Shown: positions 12,050 to 22,887 of the stretch, piece by piece
How positions within the stretch are numbered: the first letter of the stretch is position 1
Layout: each line of letters starts with the position of its first letter
From: Dicyema japonicum
Taxonomy: Eukaryota; Animalia; Dicyemida
DNA length: 64,000 nucleotides
Direction of reading: 5' to 3'
Assembly (NCBI GenBank): GCA_011109175.1
Contig: RDEW01000012.1
Span: 532,228-596,227 of the forward strand
Notes under the pieces: model-generated
Seen by the model: only the letters and a program-made list of their open reading frames with translations
Database searches by the model: none
Told to the model about the DNA's origin: nothing
Made by a program: the position numbers and the translations under genes

Positions 12050-12850
12050 GTTGAAGATTTCTCTTGTGGTTGCTTGGTTGAAGATTTCTCTTGCTTTCTT
12101 TTGTTCTTATAAGATGCCGTCATATGATCAACTTGTCTCAGGTGGCTCCAGTGCCAGGATAATTTTTCCCACAGTTCATTGGAAGTGTTCCCACAACAGC
12201 GAGACTTTTACGTTTATCTCCTTTCTGTTGATTATGGGTGTACTTGTGTGGCATTTGAAGGACTCTGCTTATACGGGGGCTATATGAAAAGAAGACATAG
12301 AATTAGCGTACGAGTAGTACATCGAGCCATGCATTTCTTAGGCATGCATTTCATGGGGACCTTCTGGACAAATACCTAGAAGACAGCATCAATCAGAAAA
12401 AGGGAGTACAGAATGACTGAGCGGTGTATTTTTGGAAAGAATTGCCATTAAACAATTCTTCTGGGATTTCTGATTCGTAAAAACCGTGAGATCTATCATC
12501 AACACGACTTTATTTCGGTTTTTCGGCCAGTATGGGATTTTGTGTACTCGAGGGAACAACGGGCCAAGATGAGGGCGTTACTCAAATGAGTTCGGTCACA
12601 TGACTAGTTAGCTTGCTTTGTCCCATTTTTTTTATTTCCTTCATTCCATGGAGAGGGTTCACGAGTCCTGTACACGATTCTCCTTGTAAGTTTAGGACAT
12701 TTTTCAAAGTTAATATTGAATCACCTATATTTTTTCTCAGTAGGCTAATGTCAAAGAAAGTGATTATTTTCTTCCATCCTCAGGCACGTTTAAATGATAC
12801 AAGACTCCCAATTTTGAACCGACAACTTCTAAAATGTGTGAAATTATAAA
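12050..12850 (-). mobile_element. Possible decayed integrase-type element
   Basis: IDLTVFTNQKSQKNCLMAILSK resembles a degenerate integrase core; weak. Confidence 0.25.
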
Positions 12851-13349
12851 AATCAATCATAAATATGAGATCTTGCATGCTAGAGTTTGCAATGCTATCT
12901 TATTGATAAATTCATTAAAATGACTTTGAATGCTGAGCTATTTTTCTAATGACTTTTTCTGTAAGTTCTCCAATTTAGCAAAATATTGTTTTTTTTATGT
13001 GGAACTGTTAACAGTTTATCCCTGTTAACATTAAAAAAATCGATGGATAATGAAAGCATATTATCCAAAAGTGACGGTCACAGAGATCAGTCAGATAGAT
13101 CTGATGCGACAGGAAGGAGAAGGGGCAGGAAGGGCACAGCGACGGCCCGGTTGTCAGGATCAACTTAAAAATAAATCTCTCTAATAAAGGTCACGTGGGT
13201 CAGTAAGGATATATTAATAATAATTTTATTTAAATTTATGGTTTTTTAAATATTCCCCATTAATATTAGAATGTCCCCCTAGACTACCACCATAGTAGTA
13301 AACAGGGACAGTACTAACCACGTGACAATTTCTTCAATTACACCATTAC

Positions 13350-14089
13350 TTACTTTTTTACTGTCTCCAAGGTCTGTCGGAGTTCCAACAGGTCTAGGAT
13401 AACTCGAGGATCAACCTCTGATGGGAGTTTCCGAAGAAACATCGGCTTCGAGTGGCCGTGAAAACACAAGCAAAAAGTCGTTGATTTCACGGATTTCATT
13501 TTGCAAGTATTTCAGCTCGTTTATCAGCAAATCTCTTAAAAATGATCCCACAGGATACCGAATGAGTTCCACGTTGTTAGAAGGATCGACTGTTTTACTG
13601 AGGGCAATCTCGCAGCTTTCATAGACCATTCTTAAATTTGCCAAATTTGTACTTGTTCCTGTCATTTTCAAGGTTTTCGTAGAATTTGAGCCATTCTGAG
13701 TTGTGTCTTTTAGTTTCTGCATAGCAAAAATCACTACCACGTGCTATTAAAAGGGACTCAATGATTGCCACGTGTTTTTGCTGAAGGTACATGTAGAATC
13801 TAAAATTCCGACAGCCTCCAACCCAATTCCATGGAAGGAAAGGTCGTCATTCAAGTGGAGAATATCGGTCTTTAAATTTTCGACATTTTCCTGATCAGGC
13901 CATAAACTATCCACGTAGGACTGACCAAGGAAGATTTCCTTGTATCCGTTTAACTAGAATAAGTATAAATGAGACCTCTTCAGTTAGGTCCTTGCACTGA
14001 TCAAATAAGTATAAACCCACTAGAGATTCAATTTTTTCCACCAAATGGTTTGGTAAAAAAGGAGATATTCTGTCCCAAATATTTGACAT
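13350..14089 (-). CDS. CCDC24: CCDC24-like coiled-coil protein
   Basis: ATG 14089; 22-nt introns at 13954-13975 and 13394-13415. Segments IWDRISPFLP...VGLYLFDQCKDLTEEL, LRDLLINELKYLQNEI and PIRDLLELRQTLE follow the CCDC24 pattern. Middle splicing is ambiguous. Confidence 0.65.
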
Positions 14090-14269
14090 TTTGATAACAA
14101 GAATTTAAAATTTTTCCCGCCATAGAAATAAATATTTTATTTTTTTAATTAAAATTATTCCAAAGTAAAACCAAACTAAATAACTCCTTGATCCTGCCGC
14201 GTTCCAGCGATTTCAGAACTTGTCTTCAGGTAACGAAATTGTTTCCTGATGGAAAGATAGTTGGATCCT

Positions 14270-15430
14270 TTTGATGCCACCAAGCGTTGGACGTCTCCAT
14301 AGTAAGGTGGATCAAATTTGTGATTTATTAATTATTTTTATAATTTGATCAAGAACTTACTTCAGCTCTGGTAATCCTCTAGAAGAGAATATGGAGTACA
14401 CAACGTTCCGGCTCCGATAAGTTTGTTGTTAGACCATATCTGCTTCAATTTGTTCAAGGCGGTTGAGGATAGCCTTTTTCTGTTTTTCAAGTCTTCGGCG
14501 TCCCCAAACAACAACCCAATTTTCTTACTTTCGGACAGGTCTCGTCTTTTGGGGCATATTTTACTTGTAAACAGGTTTTTGTGTATTCATGTTTAAAAAC
14601 CATTCAGAGAATACATTTGTCAGTACTTCTAATATGTCTTCACAAATATAGTCTATATAATAGATAATATCTGTTGCATTCGGCTGGAGTTTCTTTAAGA
14701 CAGCCTCCTAATTTATTATGAACAGGATTGGAAACAGTTAATCTTTGGGAAACGTGAAAATATTGGATATAGAGGCGGGTCCAGCAACTTGGTTTAGAAT
14801 CTTTTCGAGAACCTTCATCAGTTTGTTCTTATTAACCTCGAAATGTCTATAATATTTGCGTTCTGTATTTTTGGCACATCGTTGTACACAAGAATTGAGA
14901 CTCCGTTTAGGAATTTTTGGGTCGAGAGAAAAAAGCTCACATTGTTGATAGGCTTTGTGGTTTTTTTGGCAAAAAACAACACACTGCTCACAAGTTGTTT
15001 AAAAATTGAGGGGATCCAAACGTGACGTAAAATATATTTACTGCGTTCCTGCAAGGAATTTTTCGTTATTCCTGCGTTCTTGCAGAAAAGAAATACGATG
15101 AGTTCCTCGGTGACATTATCCACTGTCAGAATAATAGTAAGGGTTGACTGAAGCGAATTCAATACTTTCCTTATCGACAATCCCACATTTACAAACTGAA
15201 ATCACTAAAAATTGCCTTAAATCGAATATTTTTCTTACTAGTCTATTGTCCGAAATGAATAAAGAGGTGATAGACTTTTCGAGCTCTTGACCACTCACGT
15301 AGTCAACCCAAGTGTTTATCCATCTAGTCGGGGATTATGTCCAGATCGCTTGAAGTCAGGATGATATCATCGGTGTATGCATTAATGTAGCAAGGTCAAT
15401 TGGGAGAGCATTGATCGCTGGCGCACCATT
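14270..15430 (-). mobile_element. Decayed non-LTR fragments, including an RTE-like piece related to 18290-20830
   Basis: YINAYTDDIIL, LMKVLEKIL and RKLGCCLGDAEDLKNRKRL (compare KKLGSFLGDTEDTARRK near 18900). Confidence 0.6.
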
Positions 15431-15592
15431 AGAGAGAAACCGTAAAGTTGACGCTAATTTTAACGGCAAACGCGTCCCCCGACCGCTACGGAACAAAAAC
15501 TCTTAAATTTTTTGGTTCAAAAGGAAGACAGGGACTTTCACCTCCTCAGCAAATTAAGTAATTTTATTGTTAATTCATGTTAATACCAATTA

Positions 15593-16823
15593 TTACTTCT
15601 TTTTTCCTTTTCTTTTGGCGCCTTTTTTATTTTTGATTTCAATGGTCTTCCCAATCTTATATGCTCTCCAAAATGCCTGAATCACGGTGGCCGCTTCCAC
15701 CTTCAACTTCATTTCCCGTTCCTTCGCCTGTGCTTCTTCTTTTAGCCTCTCTTGAATGTCTGCTATTGGATTATATTCTATCCTCAGTTCATCAAGCGTA
15801 TTCTGAAGACTGTCATGTTCCTTCTTTTCCAGCCTATAGACCTCGTCAATTTCATCAATTTGGTCCTTTAATCCTAAAGCACCCACAAACCTGCAATTCA
15901 GTCATCTTTTCGTCATATTCCTGAATCAATGCCTCAATCTCACTCTCAACTTTGTACTTTTTCTATAATAATCGGAAATCAAAACCGATCTGCATTCCTG
16001 CTCTGTTACCCTGTGTTCCTTCAGTGACTGAGCCAAAATGTGATTTTCAGTTTCCAATTCTTTCTCCAATTTTTCTGTCTTTTTTGACATATCCGACTTT
16101 TCGACGTCGCACTGCATCTCCGAGTCGACTGTTATCTTCCGAATGTACTCGTCAGATGTTTTCTGAATATTTTCCAGATTAGCTTGGAGATGTCTTATTG
16201 TCATGTCTTTCTTCTTCAACTACAAACTAATACTTTTCATCAAACCTCATTTTCCTTTTCGCTTTTCAAATATTCGACTTCTTTTCGCAGCCTTCCCAAC
16301 AACTGCTTGTCAGTCTCCATTTTGTTTTCTAGTTTTGTCAGAGTCGACGTTCTCCGACTTTCCTCTGAGGCAGAAAGGAGAAGTCTTTCCACCATAAATT
16401 CCAAAAAGTGTTCGAAATTTGTGATGAATTTAGATTTTGTCGAGTTTTTGTCAAGAAATAGTAGAATTTCTTTATTATTCAAGACCTCCCGAATAATGCT
16501 TTTATAGGAAAATGAAATGGCCTCAGTCATTGGTGGAGAGTTTTCTGTGGGCCCTCCTTTGTAGTGATCCAAGAGTTGTAGGTGGTTGTTTAATAGAGAG
16601 GCCAGTTTCTCTGGGAGGTCCAACTTACGTAAAAGATCTAAATTCTCGGCAATCTTGCATTTTTGGATGAGACTTTGTAGTATTTCTACCACTTTTTGTG
16701 ATCCAATAAAATCCATCTTCCGCTGTCCAATATTCAAAATAGATTTAAGGAATAAAATATCTTTAACATCATCATTCAAGTAAGGATATCCACATCCATT
16801 GAGGTATTACCCAACTGAGCCAT
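15593..16823 (-). CDS. IQCD: IQ domain-containing protein D / dynein regulatory complex subunit 10
   Basis: Introns 16220-16245 (26), 15963-15985 (23), 15866-15890 (25); long coiled coil, KYKVESEIEALIQEYDEKM, C-terminal IQ motif AATVIQAFWRAYK and Lys-rich tail. Start codon uncertain. Confidence 0.85.
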
Positions 16824-17099
16824 ATATTACGATAATGGTTGCTAGGACACAAAACCATTACAAGTTATAAGGTTCCTTTCTTTTGTTGTTCACAGTCTTA
16901 TAAATCGTCATTTACAAAACACAACTAAATTGTCTAAAATTAAAAATCTACACATTAATAAATAATGTCACAGTCCATACATGCGAGATTCATCACAAAA
17001 TATAAAAAAAATTTCTTAGTAAAACTATCATTGGAAAAAAATATTAATAATATTAAAATTACATGTAGTACATATTTTTATTTAAAATATTAATTATAA

Positions 17100-18240
17100 A
17101 ACATGTATCCAGTGAACCTAACACGCGATAACTTGGAAAAAATTAGGATCTACTATGTAACTGGTAAGATCGGCCTGACTGAAGAGAACGGGCAAAAATT
17201 AAAAGATGTGCCGAACAATTCATTTTCAAAGATTTGAAACCCTACATTATAAAAATGGTATAGAACTGAGATACTTTTGTCTTGAAGAAGCAGAACATAA
17301 AGAAAAATACATTGAAGTTTTATATCATCCAATTTATATTAGGCTCAACATAATCACTTTGGACGAGATAATTGTATAGTAATTTTAGTCAAAACGATTG
17401 CTTGCAACTAAACCTGAAATTACGCCAATCATTGCTTATGCTCCAAGAGATCGGTACATTGTAGATCTTGTTGATTTACGTCGATATTATTCTCATAATG
17501 AAAACTATTCTCGGGTAATAAGTTTGCAATATATTTATCAGATTATGGTTCTTATAGACCCATTTTCTAAATTTGCTGTTGCTGAAAGTGCCTCACCAAA
17601 TCTGGAATTGAGATATCCAGAATTATAAAGAATATTTTTTTATTGGACCGCCTATTATCCTACATACGGATAATGGCAAAGGATTCAAAAATTAGCACAT
17701 GCAGAGATTGCAATAAATTTGCCATTTCGCATGTTACAGGACGTCCACGAGCGCCTTGGATTCAAGTACAAGTAGAACGATTTTTGTTTTTTTATCTAAT
17801 AGATTTAACCAATCAATTAAAAAATGGGTTTCTTCCACGAGTTCATCCAAGGGAAAATTTTGAAAGTTATATTGACTTCATAAAAGACATTGTACGGTAT
17901 TATAATAGATCAAACCATCATAGAACAGAACAGCGTTTTTAGAGATTTTCTACAGCGTCAATCTGGATAAAAAATACGATCAGGAAAAAATAGAATCGTT
18001 ATTGAATTTTTCCGGCGAAGATGAAGAGCCAATAGAATTTTCATCCTTGCATAATTTAGAAGAAGAACGAAAAATTGCTCTTGAAAATCTAATAAAGTCA
18101 GACGAAAGATGAAATAACGCCGAAGATGGAAATACGATGAACTGAATTCAGGAGATGAAATTCTATTTTTATTGAAAATTATGAATCTCGCATGTAGGGC
18201 TTCTAGCATGTATGGACTGTGACAAATAATATACATCTCC
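17100..18240 (+). mobile_element. Decayed integrase-type DNA transposon (Ginger2/KRBA2-like DDE)
   Basis: RDRYIVDLVDLRRY, VLIDPFSKFA, a DNGK-like region, HPRENFESY...YNRSNHH and a C-terminal RKIALENL...GDEILF; frameshifted. Confidence 0.75.
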
Positions 18241-18289
18241 AGCTAATAGTTAGCTAAAAGGAGTTTGTTGTCCTTCACATAAACAACAT

Positions 18290-20830
18290 CTTCGTTATTA
18301 TTATTATAGGGACGTACGCGATGCCAAGATCATGACAAAGCATGTCCAACACGAAAAGTTTACAATCTAATTAACGTCCCCCATCTTTTTCGATCCGTTG
18401 CTATGTTCTGTAGTATATCTAGATCATCCCTATCTTTAAGGCACTTTCCAATCCTCCTGAGATCCTCATCTAGAATAACCGGCAGTGTTGTCCTCGGTCG
18501 GCCACGGAAGCGAGAAGCTTCTAAGACAAAATACTCCTCCATTGCTATGTTGGCAGGGGTCCCCATATCGTGGCGGATTATGTGTCCAAAGAGCCTCCAT
18601 CTTGAATCAGTAATATCACATGATGTTGGCTCAGTTCCTGTTCTCTTGTATAAGAATTTGGACGGCATTTTGAAAAAGCTTCGAGAAGAAAGGAGTGCTC
18701 GGAGATGTTTTCTGTGAAAAGAATTCAACTTTTCGAGTTCCTGCCCTGTACATGACCATGTACCGGCATTATATAATAGGATTGGCCTCACTAGGGCATT
18801 GTATAGTCTCATTTGAGGTTTAGGGTCAAGCCCTTTGTGCAGAAGTCAGGTCTTCTTCATTTTGTTGAAAGCGACATTAGTTAGTGCCTTCCTTCGTGCT
18901 GTATCCTCGGTGTCACCGAGAAAGGATCCTAGCTTTTTGATCTAAGCCAGTCCTCCTCGGTCCTTTCCTCACTTTTTTTAGCTCCGTGATTTCGGTTTTG
19001 TTTTTATTTACTTTTAATGACCATTCAGCCACTTTATGAGGCAATTTCTCCAAAAATGCAATTAACTCTTCTTTGTTATTCGAAATAAAGTCCACGTCAT
19101 CCGCATATGCTCGTTCCTTCTCCGATATGAGGCTTCAAGTCTCGTAGAGCTGCCTCCAAATAAATAATAAACAAAATCGGTGATAATGGATCTTTTTGAG
19201 GGGTACCAATTGTCGTTTCAAATGTCCTCGATAAAGCTTTCCCAGTCCTGACCATCAAACTTGTGTCCGTCAGGAGTGTCCTGACTATCCTAATCGTTGA
19301 GCCCTCCAAGAAGTGCTCCAGTATTTGCAGCAGCTTGTTCCTATTGACGGAATCAAAGGCCTTTGACACATCAATCCCCAGAATGGTTGTCGTTATTTTA
19401 AATTTTTGAACAGTCGCACTTCTCCATTAGTGGCTCCATATAACATCTGACGTAGATCTCCCTTTGCGGAAGCCACTTCGATAAGCCACATGTACGAGTC
19501 TAGGCGTTGTTTTCTTTCTTCATCTCGAACAGTCAGTGTTTTCCTTGGTAGTTTTCTGATTTGTCCGACAGTTTCATAAAACTTCGTATTGTCTTTAAGG
19601 CCTTCGATTTATTCTATTTTTGTTATTGTTTCGTTCTTTAATATCCGACGTGCAGCTTTTCTTATTTTCTTTTTGATGACTGTTCTTTCCTTTGTAGCCG
19701 ATGTTTCGTATTTTAGTCATCTGCATTTGTTATTTTTTCAGTGGGTGTATTAGTTACGTAGTCCTCTATTAGATATCCGCAGCAATCATGATCTTCTGTT
19801 TGACCAAGGTCCACGCAATTTGCGGTGCCAAATCTACTGATATTTCTTCCAATCCCTCATCCAGGTATTTTTTGAATTCCTCTCCCTGGATAGTATTGTT
19901 CTTTAGATGGTCTATAACGTATCCCTTCCCTCGGAGTTCCGTGTGTCCATTGCACTTTCTTTTTATTCCTTGCAAACCCATAAGTTTCTTTAAGGACATT
20001 TTGGCAATAACCATCTTGTGATCGCTGTCAATTATAGACCCTTCATAAGCACAGGCATCAGTGACAACACTGCGGTCTTTTTGTCTGCAAATAATGTAGT
20101 CTATTTGATTGTAGATTTTCGCAATGCTTCCGTCAGACTTAGATCTATTGCCTGACCAAGTTGTCATGTGTCTTGCCGAGTGCATAAAGGCTGTGTTACA
20201 ATTGAATAGATTATTTCATTGACAAAAGCTAGCTAACAAGGTTCCTGCAATGTTCCTTTTTCCCTTCCATGTCTTCCAATGAATGATTCTTTTATAGTGA
20301 TTCGATTTCCAACTTTTTCATTAAGATCACCGGCAATCAATATTAATGTGGAATTTGCATAATTGGAATAAACATCAGACAGATTCGCATAAAAGTCGTC
20401 AATCTCCTCGGGTTTCTTTGATCCATCCACTATGTGGAGCATATGCGTTAATAATAGTAAGATAACTCTTCGGAGAGTTATGATCGTCCAATGTTATTTG
20501 TAAAATCCCAATCCTTTCATTGATAGTCCAGTAACGGTATATGCGCCGGAGTAGGTCCTTTCTTAAACGAATCCAAGTCCGTAATGTTTTGATCCCCCAG
20601 AGAGAAAGATTAACTGAAACTTTCCGTGTTGTTCTTCAAACTCCTTCGATACTTTTGTCTCTTAGAGACATCCGATTGATATTTATATTTTGAAAGGTTC
20701 TCACAAAGTTCTTTTCTTTTCCATGAACTAGAGTCCTCTGACATCGAACGTTAAAAAAGTCAGTTAGATTGAGTTTTCGTGTTTTTCAGACATACTTTTC
20801 AAGAGGGACGTCACCACCTCAACCCATCCT
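18290..20830 (-). mobile_element. Near full-length decayed RTE-type retrotransposon (APE + RT, single ORF) with (TAA)n tail
   Basis: TFNV start, IAGDLNEKVG, NQIDYII...DSDHKMV, SKAFDSVNR, GTPQKDPLSPILF, YADD, RLYNALVRPILLYNAGTW; ataataataataa tail near 18296-18308. Confidence 0.92.
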
Positions 20831-22430
20831 AGTTAAAAAAACGTAAAACTATTATTTAAAAATTCTCTGGAGGCTAAACCACGCAGAGGAAATGCGTGGA
20901 ATGTCCCGTACAGCGCCGCTCTTTTCTTGGCGGAATCTTGCGGAATTTTCGATTTTTTTGTTCACCAGAGCCTGTTCCTTAGCACCTTGGTATCTTCTCC
21001 TAGTGCCCATTTGGTTTTCAGTGAGTAGATCAAATGCTTCCGTATAGTCAGTTAGCTTCATCTTAATGTATTTCGTCATGAGTTTATATAACGATGGCAT
21101 GAATGTAATCGGGCGGAAATCTTTTGGAGACTCAGGGGCAGTACATTTTGCAATCAAGTAAGTGAGTCCAGTGAAAAACCACTCTCCAGGCACACATTCT
21201 CCTTCTATAAGTTCACTCATCACATTAAATATTGAGTCGTGCAAAGACTTGAACTTTTAATAAAAAAGTTGAAAACTCCATCGCAGCCTGGGTCTTTCCA
21301 GTTAGGCAGATATTTAATTGTTTCATTAAACTCATTTCTATTAAATCCAACACGTACATTCTCGACGCCGGTTATTCTTTTTTCAATATTGACCCTCTCT
21401 AAACATGCACATCTTTCTTTTTCCAAAGTCTTCCCAAAAGTCTGCACATTTTTAAAATCAATAGACTCAGTAGCATTATTTGTCGTAGGGGTTAAGTTTC
21501 TGTAAAATGATCTTCTATTTAATTCGAAGTTTAGATTATCAAGACGGAATTTTTGCGGGACTCAGATACACACAATTTCTTTTCGATAATTTTATCTTCA
21601 ATGTACGAAATAATCCTCCTTCTTTCATTATGATTTTTTTGCATCCCACTAAGGATACGCGTGGCAGGCATAGGTTTTTCCTCTGATGACAACGTCTTCA
21701 TAAAAAACTTTTTTAATTAGCAAAAAAAAGGATTTCCACTTTTCGACTTTTCTACATATATTCTCATTCCATTTTGATGGCTCATTTTTTTCACTGAATA
21801 ATCTGATATGTAGCTTGACCAGCATAAATAAGAGTAGAAATTTGATCCATAGAAATTATGGAGTTCTTTTTAACCCATTGGCTAATGACACAGTTCAAAC
21901 ACTCCAATAAGTTATTGTCAATCTTGACATAGGGAATCTTTTTGGATCGGGTCTCGAGCTTTGTTCAATTTGCTCGGCAATTATCAATTGTTCCATAAAT
22001 GTGCGTCGGCAGTGATCGTAAAATTTAGGATCCAGGGACGGTGAAGACATATCAGGCTTAGAATCTGGGGTAACCTTCGAATCAAGTTCATTGCGTGATA
22101 ATTGTATGCGTTCCTGGACGTATATCAGTTTTTTGAACTCAGGCATTGTTATTTCCTCTCCAAACTTAGTCTTGAACCCCTCCAAGAGAATAGCCCATCC
22201 ACTTCTGGGGAACGACCCAGTCTAAAGCGCGTGCTTTCAATAACTTAGGTAGCCTATTGTTTTCGACAATCAGCTGTTGAGGAAGACATTATTGCTCGTA
22301 GAACCGGAAATTTCGTGTTGTTTTGCTGAGGACGAATCCTAGAAGCATCCGCGTCGGAAACATGTTGACAAGCTCGGTGGCCGTTCGATTTGGGTTTTCT
22401 TTACTCAATTCGGCGCAGAAGTCCGCATAA
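20830..22430 (-). mobile_element. 5' half of an R4/Dong-like (REL) non-LTR retrotransposon
   Basis: NWKDPGCDGV, DFRPITFMPSLYKL, ENQMG...QGAKEQAL; the N-terminal region continues to about 22430. Confidence 0.8.
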
Positions 22431-22519
22431 TTCGATGAATATAGAATATCAACAACCATTAACCAGCAACGTGTATTTATATCGAAATATTTTAATGAAT
22501 CGTTTATGATAATATAAAT

Positions 22520-22652
22520 TTTTTCCCCAGTTTATTTTTTTAAAATCATCGTATTTTATAAGAATTGCGAAAATATTTCCCCAAAAGCAAGGTTTTCCCC
22601 AAAAAAGGGTTTCCCCGCTAATCAGGTTTCCCCAATTCGAAGTCGCACTGTA
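22520..22652 (-). mobile_element. Solo terminus of a Tc1/pogo-type element with 17-bp-period TTTCCCC subrepeats
   Basis: Minus strand reads TA|CAGTGCGACTTCGAATTGGGGAAAC; TTTCCCC recurs near 22576, 22593, 22610 and 22627. Confidence 0.55.
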
Positions 22653-22887
22653 TAATAATAATTTTGAAATTTGTACAAGACGCATTTCAGCACGCTTAAA
22701 AAAATTAAACGCCAGGTATACAAAAATTAAACACGGCTACGCTAATTTACTTAATTTTAAGGACATATCTTTTCCCAATTAATAATATTTTTTAATTCAA
22801 TCTGTGAAAAGTAACGATTTATCAGACTGTGACATCTTGTCTCCTCAAAATGAGAATGAAATCAAATTAAAAAATCAAAAATTAAAA

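Noticed and set aside
12986-13168. Purine-rich 60-aa ORF
   Set aside because: Short and low complexity, with no introns, homology or other support.
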